Origin: Candidatus Pacearchaeota archaeon
GTDB lineage: Archaea > Nanobdellota > Nanobdellia > Pacearchaeales > UBA284
Reading direction: 5' to 3'
DNA length: 60,557 nucleotides
Assembly: GCA_018304245.1 (NCBI GenBank)
Contig: JAGVWO010000005.1
Location: forward strand, 1 to 60,557
This document shows positions 1 through 9,501 of this stretch, piece after piece (the stretch's first letter is position 1; every line of letters begins with the position of its first letter). A program made the translations under genes and the position numbers. Below the pieces are notes generated by a model. The model did not search any database. It was given only the letters and a program-made list of their open reading frames with translations, and was not told the origin of the DNA.

Positions 1-75
1 CTTATATTTACCTGCTTCAACTATCTTTTCTGGTTGTGCGGTTTCCATATTCTCTTTAATAAACATCTCTTCCAT
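1..75 (-). CDS. partial ORF, only the first 25 codons in window (MEEMFIKENMETAQPEKIVEAGKYK...), product unknown
   Basis: ATG at 73-75 on the minus strand and the frame stays open to the window edge. Too short to assign a product. Confidence 0.25.
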   Translation of the reverse strand, partial: MEEMFIKENMETAQPEKIVEAGKYK

Positions 76-170
76 TTTTATAAAGATTGTTACAACTAAA
101 AACAACCTTTGAAAAACCTTAAATAGCAAGATATTTCTAAGATTATACGAGGGAAAAATAAAAAAAGAGA

Positions 171-947
171 ATGAAAATATCTGCACTGGCATCTGGGAGT
201 TCTGGAAATGCATTTTATGTTGAAAATAATAATTCTGCAATTTTAGTTGATGATGGTCTTTCTTTCAAGGAATTAAATCAAAGATTAAATTCAATCAAAA
301 AAAATACAGATAAAATAAAGGCAGTATTTATCACACACGAACATGGTGACCATATTAAAGGTGTTGATGTTCTTGCAAGACAATTGAATATTCCTATTTA
401 TTTGACAAAAGAAACTGCAAAAAATGCATTTATTTGTTCAGAAGAAAGTTTAATTAATTACATAAAAAATAATGAATCTTTTGAAATAGATGGGATAAAA
501 ATTACTGCATTCGCAAAATCTCATGATTGCGGAAACCCGGTTTCATATGTTATTGATTCAAAAAAAGATAAAAAAACTGTTGGGATAATTACAGACATTG
601 GTTGTCCTTGCAAAAATGTTGTCGAAAATATTTCCGAATCAGATTTCTTATTTTTAGAAGCAAATCATGATGAAAATATGTTAAAAAATGGACCTTATCC
701 CTATTTCCTAAAGAAAAGAATCCTCAGTGATAAAGGACACATCTCAAATTATCAATCTGCTGTTTCTGTTTTAGAGAATGCAAATCCCAAATTGAAAGCA
801 ATTGTTCTTTCACATTTAAGTGAGACAAACAATACTCCGGATATTGCGTCAAAAACCTATAAAAAGATAATCAAAGAAAGAAGTGATTTAAAACCGAGAG
901 TTTTTGTCTCAACACAAAATAGGGCTACGCCCTTATTTGATATTTAA
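171..947 (+). CDS. MBL-fold metallo-hydrolase (YycJ / RNase Z-like beta-lactamase fold)
   Basis: 258-aa ORF with the metallo-beta-lactamase motif ITHEHGDHIKG, an N-terminal LASGSSGNA strand, and later His/Asp ligand positions (SHDCGN, EANHD, SHLSE). Confidence 0.8.
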   Translation: MKISALASGSSGNAFYVENNNSAILVDDGLSFKELNQRLNSIKKNTDKIKAVFITHEHGDHIKGVDVLARQLNIPIYLTKETAKNAFICSEESLINYIKNNESFEIDGIKITAFAKSHDCGNPVSYVIDSKKDKKTVGIITDIGCPCKNVVENISESDFLFLEANHDENMLKNGPYPYFLKKRILSDKGHISNYQSAVSVLENANPKLKAIVLSHLSETNNTPDIASKTYKKIIKERSDLKPRVFVSTQNRATPLFDI

Positions 948-978
948 TTACACATTTATTCTTGTTCATGTTGTTTTA

Positions 979-1347
979 TTAAAAATAAAGAAATTCTTTT
1001 TCAAAAATTTCCTTGGGAAGGGAGAAGTATTTTCCAGGAATGCAAAAATTTTCTGCTTGTTCTCTTGAATTAAATTCTATTGTGTTAAATCCTTTTTTAT
1101 TTGTTGGAAAATATCTTCCAGTTATTTTTTCTTGCAATATTTTTATTTCTTTTTCATCAAAATTAAAAATTTGCAATGGGTCTGAAGGTAAATCCACAAT
1201 TTTTTCTATTTTTCCAATACGATGAAGAAAATGTAATAAACCAACACATTGACATAAAGAATATTGTGCAGAATATTGTTTTAGATTAAAAAGGCATCTT
1301 TTGGATTGTTCCAGATACTCTTGTATTTTTGCATAACTGTCTTCCAT
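979..1347 (-). CDS. hypothetical protein, tandem paralog 1
   Basis: 122-aa ORF. It aligns by eye with the adjacent 98-aa ORF (CVGLLHFLHRIGKIEKIVDLPSDPLQI versus CVELLYKAYNYGQIGSIELLPKDPLTI). No family recognised. Confidence 0.5.
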   Translation of the reverse strand: MEDSYAKIQEYLEQSKRCLFNLKQYSAQYSLCQCVGLLHFLHRIGKIEKIVDLPSDPLQIFNFDEKEIKILQEKITGRYFPTNKKGFNTIEFNSREQAENFCIPGKYFSLPKEIFEKEFLYF

Positions 1348-1376
1348 TTTTTTATATTATGATTCTATAAATAAAA

Positions 1377-1673
1377 TTAACATTGATATGAATGTTCTTG
1401 CCTGATTATCTCTGGAAAATCTTCTTCTAAAAGAAAAAAATCGTCATGCAGTATCTTTAATAAATCAGATGTTTCTTTTTTATCTGCATGTGAAATTGTT
1501 AATGGATCTTTTGGCAATAATTCTATAGAACCAATTTGTCCATAATTATATGCCTTATATAAAAGTTCAACACATTTCATTAATGGAATTCGCTGTTTAA
1601 AAAAATCTTCTGCTCGCAATGCTAAATCATAAAATTCTTCTGCTTGCTGATAAAAAGTTTTTTGTTCTTCCAT
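1377..1673 (-). CDS. hypothetical protein, tandem paralog 2
   Basis: 98-aa ORF sharing the core CVxLL...GxI..I.LPxDPLxI...D.KE with the ORF at 979-1347. Same strand, 29-bp spacer. Confidence 0.5.
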   Translation of the reverse strand: MEEQKTFYQQAEEFYDLALRAEDFFKQRIPLMKCVELLYKAYNYGQIGSIELLPKDPLTISHADKKETSDLLKILHDDFFLLEEDFPEIIRQEHSYQC

Positions 1674-1712
1674 TTTCCCCTTCCCCTATAGATTAATATA
1701 AACTAAATGAAT

Positions 1713-2600
1713 TTAAATTGTTAAAACTTCACAACCATTTTTTGTAACCAAAATAGTGTGTTCTGCTTGGCTGACCATACCATTTGAAGATTCGTTCAAA
1801 TGAGCAAATTGATACAAAATACCTTGCTGTTGTAACATGTTTAATGCTAATTGTGCTCTGTTTCCAAAAATATCTATAATCCATCTACCAGCAAAGGGGA
1901 GTGTTGCATAATTTTCCATAATGTGTTGAAGAATTTTTCTCGATTCTGTGTCTCTGATTGGATTATTTGCAATAAATTTGTAAATTCCAGATGGTCTTCC
2001 ATCTTTTACCATTCCCTTACCTGTTGTTGCAAAAGGTTCTATTGCAATAATCATTCCCTCTTTTAGTTTTGATCCAGAATTTGAATTATAATTTGGAATA
2101 GTTAATCCTGCATGCAAATTCCACAGTTTAATTTCATGACCAGAAAGATTTCTTATAGGGTTGTACCCCTTGTCTCTAATCTTAGATTCTATGGCTGCTC
2201 CAATCTCTGAAACAGTTATTCCTGGTTTAATTATTTTAATTGCTTCCCCCAATGCATCTTCTGCTGCCTTAATTAATTCAGAATATTCGTGATCTGGGGT
2301 TAAATCTATAGTAAATGCTGTATCTGCTAAATAACCCAGGTAATTGACACCAAGATCTACCTTAAGCAAACCTTCTGCGATGCTTGGGTCTGTTGCAGTT
2401 GGAGTATAATGTGCTGCTGTTTCATTAATGCTTAAATTTACTGGAAATGCGGGTTTTGCACCTAATTCATTTATTTTTAATTCGATTAAATCTGTTATTT
2501 GGCTTAAAGAAACGCCTTGCTGGATAATTGATTTTGCATATTCAGAAACATCCCTGGCAATTTGTCCTGCTTTTTTCCAATTTTCTATTTTCTCTGCCAT
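1713..2600 (-). CDS. map: methionine aminopeptidase, type 2 (archaeal/eukaryotic type)
   Basis: 295 aa with MetAP2-type metal-ligand blocks: ETAAHYTP, DLGVNYLGYLADTAFT, LSGHEI, IAIEPFAT, SQAEHTIL. Confidence 0.9.
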   Translation of the reverse strand: MAEKIENWKKAGQIARDVSEYAKSIIQQGVSLSQITDLIELKINELGAKPAFPVNLSINETAAHYTPTATDPSIAEGLLKVDLGVNYLGYLADTAFTIDLTPDHEYSELIKAAEDALGEAIKIIKPGITVSEIGAAIESKIRDKGYNPIRNLSGHEIKLWNLHAGLTIPNYNSNSGSKLKEGMIIAIEPFATTGKGMVKDGRPSGIYKFIANNPIRDTESRKILQHIMENYATLPFAGRWIIDIFGNRAQLALNMLQQQGILYQFAHLNESSNGMVSQAEHTILVTKNGCEVLTI

Positions 2601-2650
2601 ATCAAGAACAATTACTGTTGGTATTTAAATTTAGTTGTGCTCAAAAATAT

Positions 2651-3175
2651 CTATTTTTGGCCGGGAATTTTGTGATATTCAAAGGAACTAATTCTTCTTT
2701 CTTTTGGAAGATAATTGAGTAATTCATTTCCATTAAAAAGTCCAACACCCAATATCTCTTTATGTCTTGGTTCTTTTAAAATAATGAAACCCTTATCTAA
2801 TCCTTTTTTTTGTTCTTCTTCAAATAAAAGAGTGTATCCTAGAAATAAATCTTCAACTTGTTCTTCACTAAGCACCACAACATTTTTTCTTGCATATTTG
2901 CCAAACATTGTTGCTCCATCGAAACTTAATCTTGTATAACCATTTTCATTCTTGATTAAATAAAGGCCTGCATTTGAAACTACAATTTCTTTCTGTATTT
3001 TTGGGATATTTGCCAAATCTAATGCCCCAGAATAAATCCTTATTTTTTCTTTTCCAGAAGCAAAAAGTTGCATAGACATTATTTCTTTTATGAATTTTTC
3101 TTCCAGATCATAGAAATTTCTAAAATATTCAATTATCTTTTTCTTTTCATCTCTTCCAAGTATTTTAAATTCCAT
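2651..3175 (-). CDS. hypothetical protein, possibly NIP7-like pre-PUA/PUA RNA-binding protein
   Basis: 174 aa. Size and pattern (N-terminal helical part, then GLYLIK...RLSFDG...VVVLSEEQVEDLFLGYTL...ILGVGLF..N.LPKERR) resemble archaeal Nip7/UPF0113 proteins. It lies immediately downstream of the NOL1/NOP2/Sun methyltransferase on the same strand. Weak call. Confidence 0.35.
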   Translation of the reverse strand: MEFKILGRDEKKKIIEYFRNFYDLEEKFIKEIMSMQLFASGKEKIRIYSGALDLANIPKIQKEIVVSNAGLYLIKNENGYTRLSFDGATMFGKYARKNVVVLSEEQVEDLFLGYTLLFEEEQKKGLDKGFIILKEPRHKEILGVGLFNGNELLNYLPKERRISSFEYHKIPGQK

Positions 3176-3294
3176 TTTGAATATTAATAAATTGTTAATG
3201 GTTTATTTTCTTTTTAATTTCAATTCCGCCACATGACACAAACTTGGCGGTCAATATTATTATTGTATTATTTATTAGACTATTTGGCATCATT

Positions 3295-4281
3295 TTATTC
3301 AATCTTCCTTATCCTTGCAATAAAAAAACCCTCTGAACCATTATCCTGTGGCCAAAATTTTGCACAATTTAATATTTCCTTATCAAATTTTTTATTATCC
3401 CATTCTTTTAATCCGGATCTTGATTTTAATGGTAAGGAAATTTTTTCTACCTTAATTTGTTTTGGAAATTTATCTATTAAATATTGAATAACTTCTTCGT
3501 CCTCTTCAACTTCAAGAGTACATGTGCTATAAACTAATGTTCCACCAACAACCAGTGTATTAAAAGCAGATTCTATCAAACCTTTTTGAATTCTTGAGAA
3601 TTTTTTGATCATATTTGGATTCCATGTTCGAAGAATGCTTGGATCATTCATAATAGTTCCTTCTCCAGAACAAGGTGCATCTACTAGAATTTTATCGAAT
3701 AAATATTTATTTTCTCTAAAAAATTTACAAATTCTTAAGCCATCTGAATTTGTTACAATAGTGTTTGCTACACCGCATCTTTCTAAATTTGTGGAAAGAA
3801 TATTTACCCTGTCTTTTCTTACCTCATTTGCAAACAAAATCCCTTTGTTATTCATAAGTGCGGCAATTTGTGTGGTTTTTGAGCCAGGGGCAGCACACAA
3901 ATCTAGAACTTTTTCATTCTCTTGTGGATTCAAGGCTAATGCTGGAAGCATGCTTGTTATTTCTTGAATATAATAACCCCCAATATTGTGTTCAATTGTT
4001 TTTCCAAGCTCTCCTGGATTTAACTCTGTATCAATAATAAATGCCCCATTTAATCCAGGTATTTGTCTAAATTTCCATCCCCTTTCTTTAATTCTTTCTT
4101 TTATGTCTTCTGAATTAGCTTTTATTGTGTTAACCCTAAATGCTTTCCTAGTTCTTTGTTTAAATGTATCAAAAAACTTCTCAGCATCTCTCTTTCCTAT
4201 TTGTTTTTCTATTCTCTCTTTGAATTCTTTCTTCATTTCATACATATATAAAAAAGAATGAGAACGTTTAAATAATTTCAC
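3295..4281 (-). CDS. RNA cytosine-C5 methyltransferase, NOL1/NOP2/Sun family
   Basis: SAM motif DLCAAPGSKTTQIA, catalytic ILVDAPCSGEGTI (PC motif) and LVYSTCTLEVEEDE (TC motif). The start may be an internal Met (M13/M16 of the ORF). Confidence 0.85.
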   Translation of the reverse strand: MKLFKRSHSFLYMYEMKKEFKERIEKQIGKRDAEKFFDTFKQRTRKAFRVNTIKANSEDIKERIKERGWKFRQIPGLNGAFIIDTELNPGELGKTIEHNIGGYYIQEITSMLPALALNPQENEKVLDLCAAPGSKTTQIAALMNNKGILFANEVRKDRVNILSTNLERCGVANTIVTNSDGLRICKFFRENKYLFDKILVDAPCSGEGTIMNDPSILRTWNPNMIKKFSRIQKGLIESAFNTLVVGGTLVYSTCTLEVEEDEEVIQYLIDKFPKQIKVEKISLPLKSRSGLKEWDNKKFDKEILNCAKFWPQDNGSEGFFIARIRKIE

Positions 4282-4296
4282 ATCGCGAGAATAATC

Positions 4297-6174
4297 ATGC
4301 CCTGGAAGGAATATTTTCCTTATGATCCGAGATTAAATCAAGATAAAATCGCGAGTTTTGTCCTCGATGTAACAAAGGAACAAGGAATCGGAATAATTGA
4401 AGCACCCTATGGGATAGGAAAAAGTATAGCTATGCTTTCTGCTGCACTCGCTACTGGAAAAAAAATTGTTTTTGTTACTTGTAATAAGGCTGCACATAAT
4501 TCGATTGTTGATGAGGTTTTAAAGATAAATGAAAAATTAGGCAGAAATTTAAGAGTTGCAAGTTTAGTTGGTAAGGAAAGCTTGTGTGCTTTCGAAAATT
4601 CATTTAGTTATGACTATTGTGAATATCTTAGAAAAAATAATGAATGTGACTATTACAATGAATGTTTTTCAAAACAAAAATCCGATGAAGGAGAAAGAAA
4701 ATTTTCACAAAAGGCTAATCTTTTGATTCAATCCATTGAAAAAGAGATAATTAAAGAACCAAAAAAATTAATGGGTTTGAGTTTAGCGAAACATGTTAAG
4801 GAACGTGCATTGAAAAATGGAATGTGTCCTTATGAAATAACCGTGGGTTTAATAAGACGCGCAGAAGTTGTTATTTTAGATTACTTTCACATATTCAGTA
4901 GCATTTTTGCTGTAGCTAAAAATAAAATGGGTTTAAATCCAAGAGAGTGCATTCTTTTTGTTGATGAAGCAGATGAATTAAAGAATCGTATTTTATCCAT
5001 ATTAACAAAACAAATGTCCCTATTGGGATTATTAAGACTCCGAGAACAAGTTAGAAAGATTAATGGAATAACTGAAGAAGAAATAAAACTCATAAGTAAC
5101 TTTACAGATTCTTTTACTGAATTTTTTAGAGCAAAAAAAGAAAAAGGTGTCTTTGATGTAAAAAAAGAAGATTTCCTAAAATATCTAGATAATGAATTTG
5201 GAAATGTTGATGAATTAATCGTAAAATTAGAAAACATTATTTTAAAAGTATCTGAAGAATCTGAAAAAATATCTTCAAAACCAAATATTTTCTTAGAATC
5301 CTGGCAAAATCTAAATGAAAAATATTTCAGTTATGGGATTAAAGAACTAAATAAAGAAGCCCTAGCAATCGCACCATATGAATTAAAAGATATAACTATT
5401 TTGAAAGATCGCGAAGGAGAATATTTAATGAAAGATATTTTGGATTCATTTCATGCATCTTTCTTATTTTCAGCAACTATTGGAAATCACGAAATTTTCA
5501 AAGAAAATTTAGGAATAGAACATGCAATTTTTTATGCCTCCAATGAATTTAACACAAATAATTTTAAAGTAATCTTAAAAAAAGACATTTCATCCATCTA
5601 TAGTCAAAGAAAAGAAAATGCTCTTCGCGTTGCACGAGACATTTTATTTTGCAAAAGCCAAGTAAATGGGTTACTTGTGGCATTTCCATCATATTCTAGT
5701 TCACTCGATATTCTTCCCTTAATTAATGCGAAAAATATAGATGATGTAAAAGAATGTAACAAAGAAGGCATTTATTATGTCGTCCTTGGTGGTAAAGGAA
5801 GTAGGGGAATAAATAAGGCACATAATCTTGAAATGGTTTATGTTTATGGAATACAAATCCCAAAACCAGATGATTATTTTTTCATCAAGAGAAGAGATTT
5901 CCTTATAAAAAAATATGGTGAAGAAAAAGCATATAAAATAATTTATAGCAACACCATGAGTAAAACTTGTCAAGTTGCTGGAAGAATCTTTAGAACAAAA
6001 AATAAAAAAGGACTCGTTATCTTTGCAGATTCTCGATATAAGTATGATTTTAGATTAAAATCGTTTTTCTATGAATCCTTTCCAGAATATTTTAAAAGAA
6101 AAATGATAGAAACAAATACAGATAATGAATTCAAACTAGAGATCTCAACTTTTTGGGGAAAATTAGGATTTTAG
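4297..6174 (+). CDS. XPD/Rad3-family (DinG-like) ATP-dependent DNA helicase with putative 4Cys FeS domain
   Basis: Walker A APYGIGKS, motif II FVDEADEL, motif VI CQVAGRIFR. A four-Cys cluster, CAFENSFSYDYCEYLRKNNECDYYNEC, sits between motifs I and II as in XPD. Confidence 0.75.
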   Translation: MPWKEYFPYDPRLNQDKIASFVLDVTKEQGIGIIEAPYGIGKSIAMLSAALATGKKIVFVTCNKAAHNSIVDEVLKINEKLGRNLRVASLVGKESLCAFENSFSYDYCEYLRKNNECDYYNECFSKQKSDEGERKFSQKANLLIQSIEKEIIKEPKKLMGLSLAKHVKERALKNGMCPYEITVGLIRRAEVVILDYFHIFSSIFAVAKNKMGLNPRECILFVDEADELKNRILSILTKQMSLLGLLRLREQVRKINGITEEEIKLISNFTDSFTEFFRAKKEKGVFDVKKEDFLKYLDNEFGNVDELIVKLENIILKVSEESEKISSKPNIFLESWQNLNEKYFSYGIKELNKEALAIAPYELKDITILKDREGEYLMKDILDSFHASFLFSATIGNHEIFKENLGIEHAIFYASNEFNTNNFKVILKKDISSIYSQRKENALRVARDILFCKSQVNGLLVAFPSYSSSLDILPLINAKNIDDVKECNKEGIYYVVLGGKGSRGINKAHNLEMVYVYGIQIPKPDDYFFIKRRDFLIKKYGEEKAYKIIYSNTMSKTCQVAGRIFRTKNKKGLVIFADSRYKYDFRLKSFFYESFPEYFKRKMIETNTDNEFKLEISTFWGKLGF

Positions 6175-6189
6175 TTTTAACATGACCAT

Positions 6190-6573
6190 TTACTTACTCT
6201 TCCACAAACCATGAACATTACAATAGGCTCTTGCGATTATTTTCTTTGCGCTGATACAAAATTCTGCTTCTGGTTTCATTCCTGGTTTTAAAAATTGCCT
6301 GTAAGAAATTCTGTCTGCAATTAATTCGATCCATTCAATATAGTGCTCTTCTTTCATTGGATGTTCAATTTTTCCGACTTGAATCTTTATTCCTTCTTTT
6401 GTCTTGATAATAATTGGAATGTGTTTTTCTTTTACTAATTCAAAGGTATTTTCTTTAAGAAGTTGCATTGGCTGACCACAACAAACAAGTTCTCCTCCGC
6501 CAACATGATTTACCTCAACAATGTTACCGCAAATATTGCATTTGTAAACTTCACCTATTTTTGATACTTTCAT
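6190..6573 (-). CDS. dfx: desulfoferrodoxin (2Fe superoxide reductase)
   Basis: N-terminal desulforedoxin-type CxxC...CC ([12 protein letters not shown]...LVCCGQPM). The SOR centre II ligand blocks are also present: [31 protein letters not shown]. Confidence 0.85.
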   Translation of the reverse strand: MKVSKIGEVYKCNICGNIVEVNHVGGGELVCCGQPMQLLKENTFELVKEKHIPIIIKTKEGIKIQVGKIEHPMKEEHYIEWIELIADRISYRQFLKPGMKPEAEFCISAKKIIARAYCNVHGLWKSK

Positions 6574-6628
6574 TTTTGTTTAAAAGCTGATAATCTAAGG
6601 TTTAATAATCTAAGATTTAAATATATTT

Positions 6629-7153
6629 TTATAATAAGAAGTGTGCCATATGATGTGTATTATTTATTGAAATAATTATCATAACGATTCCGGTTTCAAT
6701 ATGCCAAAAAGTTAAAGTCTGCATTTGACCAAGGGTTAAACCATAGTTAAGATTTAAAATAAAAATTATGCTTGTTAGTGCACACCAAATAAAACTAATC
6801 AATAAAAGAATATTCCAAATCCTTCTATGAGTTAAAACAGATATTTTCCCTTTCTTTGAAAGAATAAATGTAGTAAAATAAAAAATTAATGAAACTAGAA
6901 TTACCGAAATAAAAGGGTATTTCTCTGAAAAAATATTTGTTGAAGTATTTTCTGTTGTTGTTTGAGTTGGCTGAATATCTTGAGATAAATCACAAATTCC
7001 ATCGCCATTTGTATCAATATATCTTGCACAATCACCCGGATAGGTATCATTAATTAAACCAAAAGGGCAATCTACTGCAAGAACAAAAACAGAACCGACT
7101 AATAAGAATAGTAATAATGCCAGAAATGAAAATACCATCCTGCCTTTTTTCAT
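6629..7153 (-). CDS. membrane protein with N-terminal signal/anchor, Cys-rich acidic extracytoplasmic motif and multi-TM C-terminal part
   Basis: Hydrophobic N-terminus (FSFLALLLFLLVGSVFVLA), then DCPFGLINDTYPGDCARYIDTNGDGICDLSQD, then about 4 hydrophobic helices with conserved-looking His residues. Confidence 0.5.
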   Translation of the reverse strand: MKKGRMVFSFLALLLFLLVGSVFVLAVDCPFGLINDTYPGDCARYIDTNGDGICDLSQDIQPTQTTTENTSTNIFSEKYPFISVILVSLIFYFTTFILSKKGKISVLTHRRIWNILLLISFIWCALTSIIFILNLNYGLTLGQMQTLTFWHIETGIVMIIISINNTHHMAHFLL

Positions 7154-7262
7154 ATTTAGATGTTCAAATTTTATTATTTAAATTTATCCAATTCAGATTG
7201 ATCACTTCAAACGTAATTGGGGCTATCGTTTTATTTATATAGTCTTTTTGTATTAAGATAAT

Positions 7263-7835
7263 ATGAATAAGAAATACTTAATGGTTTCTTTTGAAGATCC
7301 AAAAATCAAAAAGATATCAGAAATACTTGGGAATAATACCTGCAAAAAGATTTTAGACTTCTTAGCTGAAAAAGAATCAACTAAAACGGATATTTCTAAA
7401 GAATTGAAGATTCCGCTAAATACCGTAGAATATAATGTTAACAAATTAGATGAATCTGGTTTAATAGAAAAATCAAAAAACTATTTTTGGAGTACAAAAG
7501 GTAAAAAAATCTCTGTTTACAAGGTTTCAAACAAATCTATTGTAATCTCACCTAAAAATTCCAATAAGATGAAAAATATCCTCGCATTACTTGGAATTAG
7601 CGGATTAACAGCAATTCTAATAAAGCTTTTCTCAACTAACCCTCCCGAAATAATCTATGAAACAAAAGATTTTATGGGAAATACCTCTGATTTTACTCCT
7701 GAATTATTAACACGAGCAAGTTTAGCTGCACCAAGTACTGTTGAGTTAATTACAACACAACCATGGTTTTGGTTTTTGATTGGGGCTGTTGGAATCGGAA
7801 TCATTTTTTTAATACTAAATTGGAAAAAATTATGA
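7263..7835 (+). CDS. ArsR-type winged-helix transcription regulator fused to two predicted TM segments
   Basis: The N-terminal 100 aa show an ArsR/wHTH pattern (KILDFLAEKESTKTDISKELKIPLNTVEYNVNKLDESGLIE). Hydrophobic segments ILALLGISGLTAILIKLF and WFWFLIGAVGIGIIFLILNW follow. Confidence 0.6.
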   Translation: MNKKYLMVSFEDPKIKKISEILGNNTCKKILDFLAEKESTKTDISKELKIPLNTVEYNVNKLDESGLIEKSKNYFWSTKGKKISVYKVSNKSIVISPKNSNKMKNILALLGISGLTAILIKLFSTNPPEIIYETKDFMGNTSDFTPELLTRASLAAPSTVELITTQPWFWFLIGAVGIGIIFLILNWKKL

Positions 7836-7872
7836 AAAATTTAAATTTTGCAAAGGAGGTTAAAAAATTAAA

Positions 7873-8610
7873 ATGACAAACCAGATAAATGTAACTGCAA
7901 TAATCATTACGGCATTGGTTGTGCTAGGGGTAATCGGCGCAATTTATTTTGGAACAAATATTGGTAGAACAGATAATGAAAGAACTATAAGTGTTACGGG
8001 AAATTCTGAAATGACTGTTATGCCAGACCAAGTTGTTGTTTATTTGTTAATTCAAACAAATAATATCTCTGCTGATGTTGCAAAAGACGAAAATGCAAGA
8101 ATCTCAGATGCTGTTTTGACTGAATTATTGAAAATTGGCATAGAAAGGAAAGAAATTGAAACAGAAAATTTCAATATCTACCCAGAATATGATTGGATAA
8201 ATGGTGAACAGAAATTCAAGGATTATTCTGTCTCAAATTATGTGAAAATAACAACAACTAAGTTTGACTATGCAGGAAAAATTGTTGATGCCGCTGTTGA
8301 TAATGGAGCTATAGTTAGTTACATTAACTTTGAGCTTTCAAATGCAAAAACAAATGAGTATAAGGCTCTTGCTTTAACAAATGCTTCACAAGATGCAAAG
8401 AAGAAAGCAGAAGCAATTGCAGAGGGTTTAGGAAATAAACTTGGAGAACTTGTTTCTGTACAAACATCTGAATGGAACTACGGACCATATAGGCTCTATG
8501 ATATGGCGATGAGTTCGGATGCAGGTAGTGCAAAAGAAGCAACAACAAACATAATGCCAAAAAACCTAGACATTTCAGGAACAGTTACAGTAACATACAG
8601 GGTCAAATAA
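7873..8610 (+). CDS. SIMPL/DUF541-domain secreted protein
   Basis: N-terminal TM anchor. The start ISVTGNSEMTVMPDQVVVYL and the end NLDISGTVTVTYRV are typical of the SIMPL (26-kDa periplasmic immunogenic protein) family. A Shine-Dalgarno-like AGGAGGT lies about 15 nt upstream. Confidence 0.7.
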   Translation: MTNQINVTAIIITALVVLGVIGAIYFGTNIGRTDNERTISVTGNSEMTVMPDQVVVYLLIQTNNISADVAKDENARISDAVLTELLKIGIERKEIETENFNIYPEYDWINGEQKFKDYSVSNYVKITTTKFDYAGKIVDAAVDNGAIVSYINFELSNAKTNEYKALALTNASQDAKKKAEAIAEGLGNKLGELVSVQTSEWNYGPYRLYDMAMSSDAGSAKEATTNIMPKNLDISGTVTVTYRVK

Positions 8611-8650
8611 TTTTTATTTTCTTTTTATTTTTTTATTATTTGATTTTATC

Positions 8651-9337
8651 TTATTTATCAATTAATTTTGCCTTCTTGATTATAAAAATCCCCGAATTTC
8701 TATCCCATTTATTCTCAGAACTTGTAATTTCTATTCTCTTTTTGAAAAAAGGAGCATCCAAAACCGTTGTTTCTATTTCTCCGCCTTCTCCTGCTGGATT
8801 AGTTTGATATTTTTCTTTTAATTTAACCAATTTTTCTATGATTTCTCTATCTATTTTCTTTCCAAGCCATTTTTCATCAAGCGGATATGCAAAAACACCA
8901 GATATTATTACTTCAAATTTATTTTTTATGATTTCATTTAGAACATCTTCTTGATCTTTTTGCCAAAGAGGGTTAACACATTTTATTCTAAGTTTATCAC
9001 AAATTTTCTGTATTCTTGATGCCTGATAAACACTGGCTAATGCACCTGTAACAATTCCATCTAATTTGTATTTCTTCTTTACTTCTTTAATCACGTTTTC
9101 TAAATCCTCAAGCTCTTCTTCTTTAATTCCTTCTGTAATTTTTTGAACTAAAGGAATCTCTAATGCTTTTGCTTGTAATTTTGTTATCTCGATGTTTGGT
9201 GTATGAAACATAAAACTTTCTTTATTTTTTGATAGAATAGAAATTAAACAAACAATTGTATTTTCTTTTATCTCACTTGCTTTCATTAAAGCCAAACAAG
9301 AGTCTTTTCCACCTGAAAACAATACTCCAAGCCTCAT
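8651..9337 (-). CDS. PP-loop ATPase of the MJ0570/Dph6 family (diphthine-ammonia ligase-like)
   Basis: Start moved to the internal Met (MRLGVLFSGGKDSCLAL, an SGGKDS PP-loop). C-terminal NPAGEGGEIETTVLDAPFF block. The 57-codon upstream extension in the ORF track is low-complexity and would overlap the smc start. Confidence 0.7.
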   Translation of the reverse strand: MRLGVLFSGGKDSCLALMKASEIKENTIVCLISILSKNKESFMFHTPNIEITKLQAKALEIPLVQKITEGIKEEELEDLENVIKEVKKKYKLDGIVTGALASVYQASRIQKICDKLRIKCVNPLWQKDQEDVLNEIIKNKFEVIISGVFAYPLDEKWLGKKIDREIIEKLVKLKEKYQTNPAGEGGEIETTVLDAPFFKKRIEITSSENKWDRNSGIFIIKKAKLIDK

Positions 9338-9501
9338 AAAGTCTAAGAGAATTTTATTATTTAAATAACTTCTGGGTTCAAATATCAAAAATATCGACGC
9401 TAAATCAAAAATCTTAATGAAAAACCTTATAAAACTAGTTCTTCTATAATATTTGTAAGATTTGGGATATTTTAGAATATTGATAAAAAACGAGGTAACA
9501 T

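Noticed and set aside
3226-3250. Hairpin CCGCCA-n13-TGGCGG between the NSUN and Nip7-like genes. A similar one (TCGCC-n13-GGCGA) lies at 17223-17245 after nfo.
   Set aside because: These are plausible terminator-type hairpins, but the stems are short, the loops large, and no clean T-run follows on the transcribed strand. Not reported as features.
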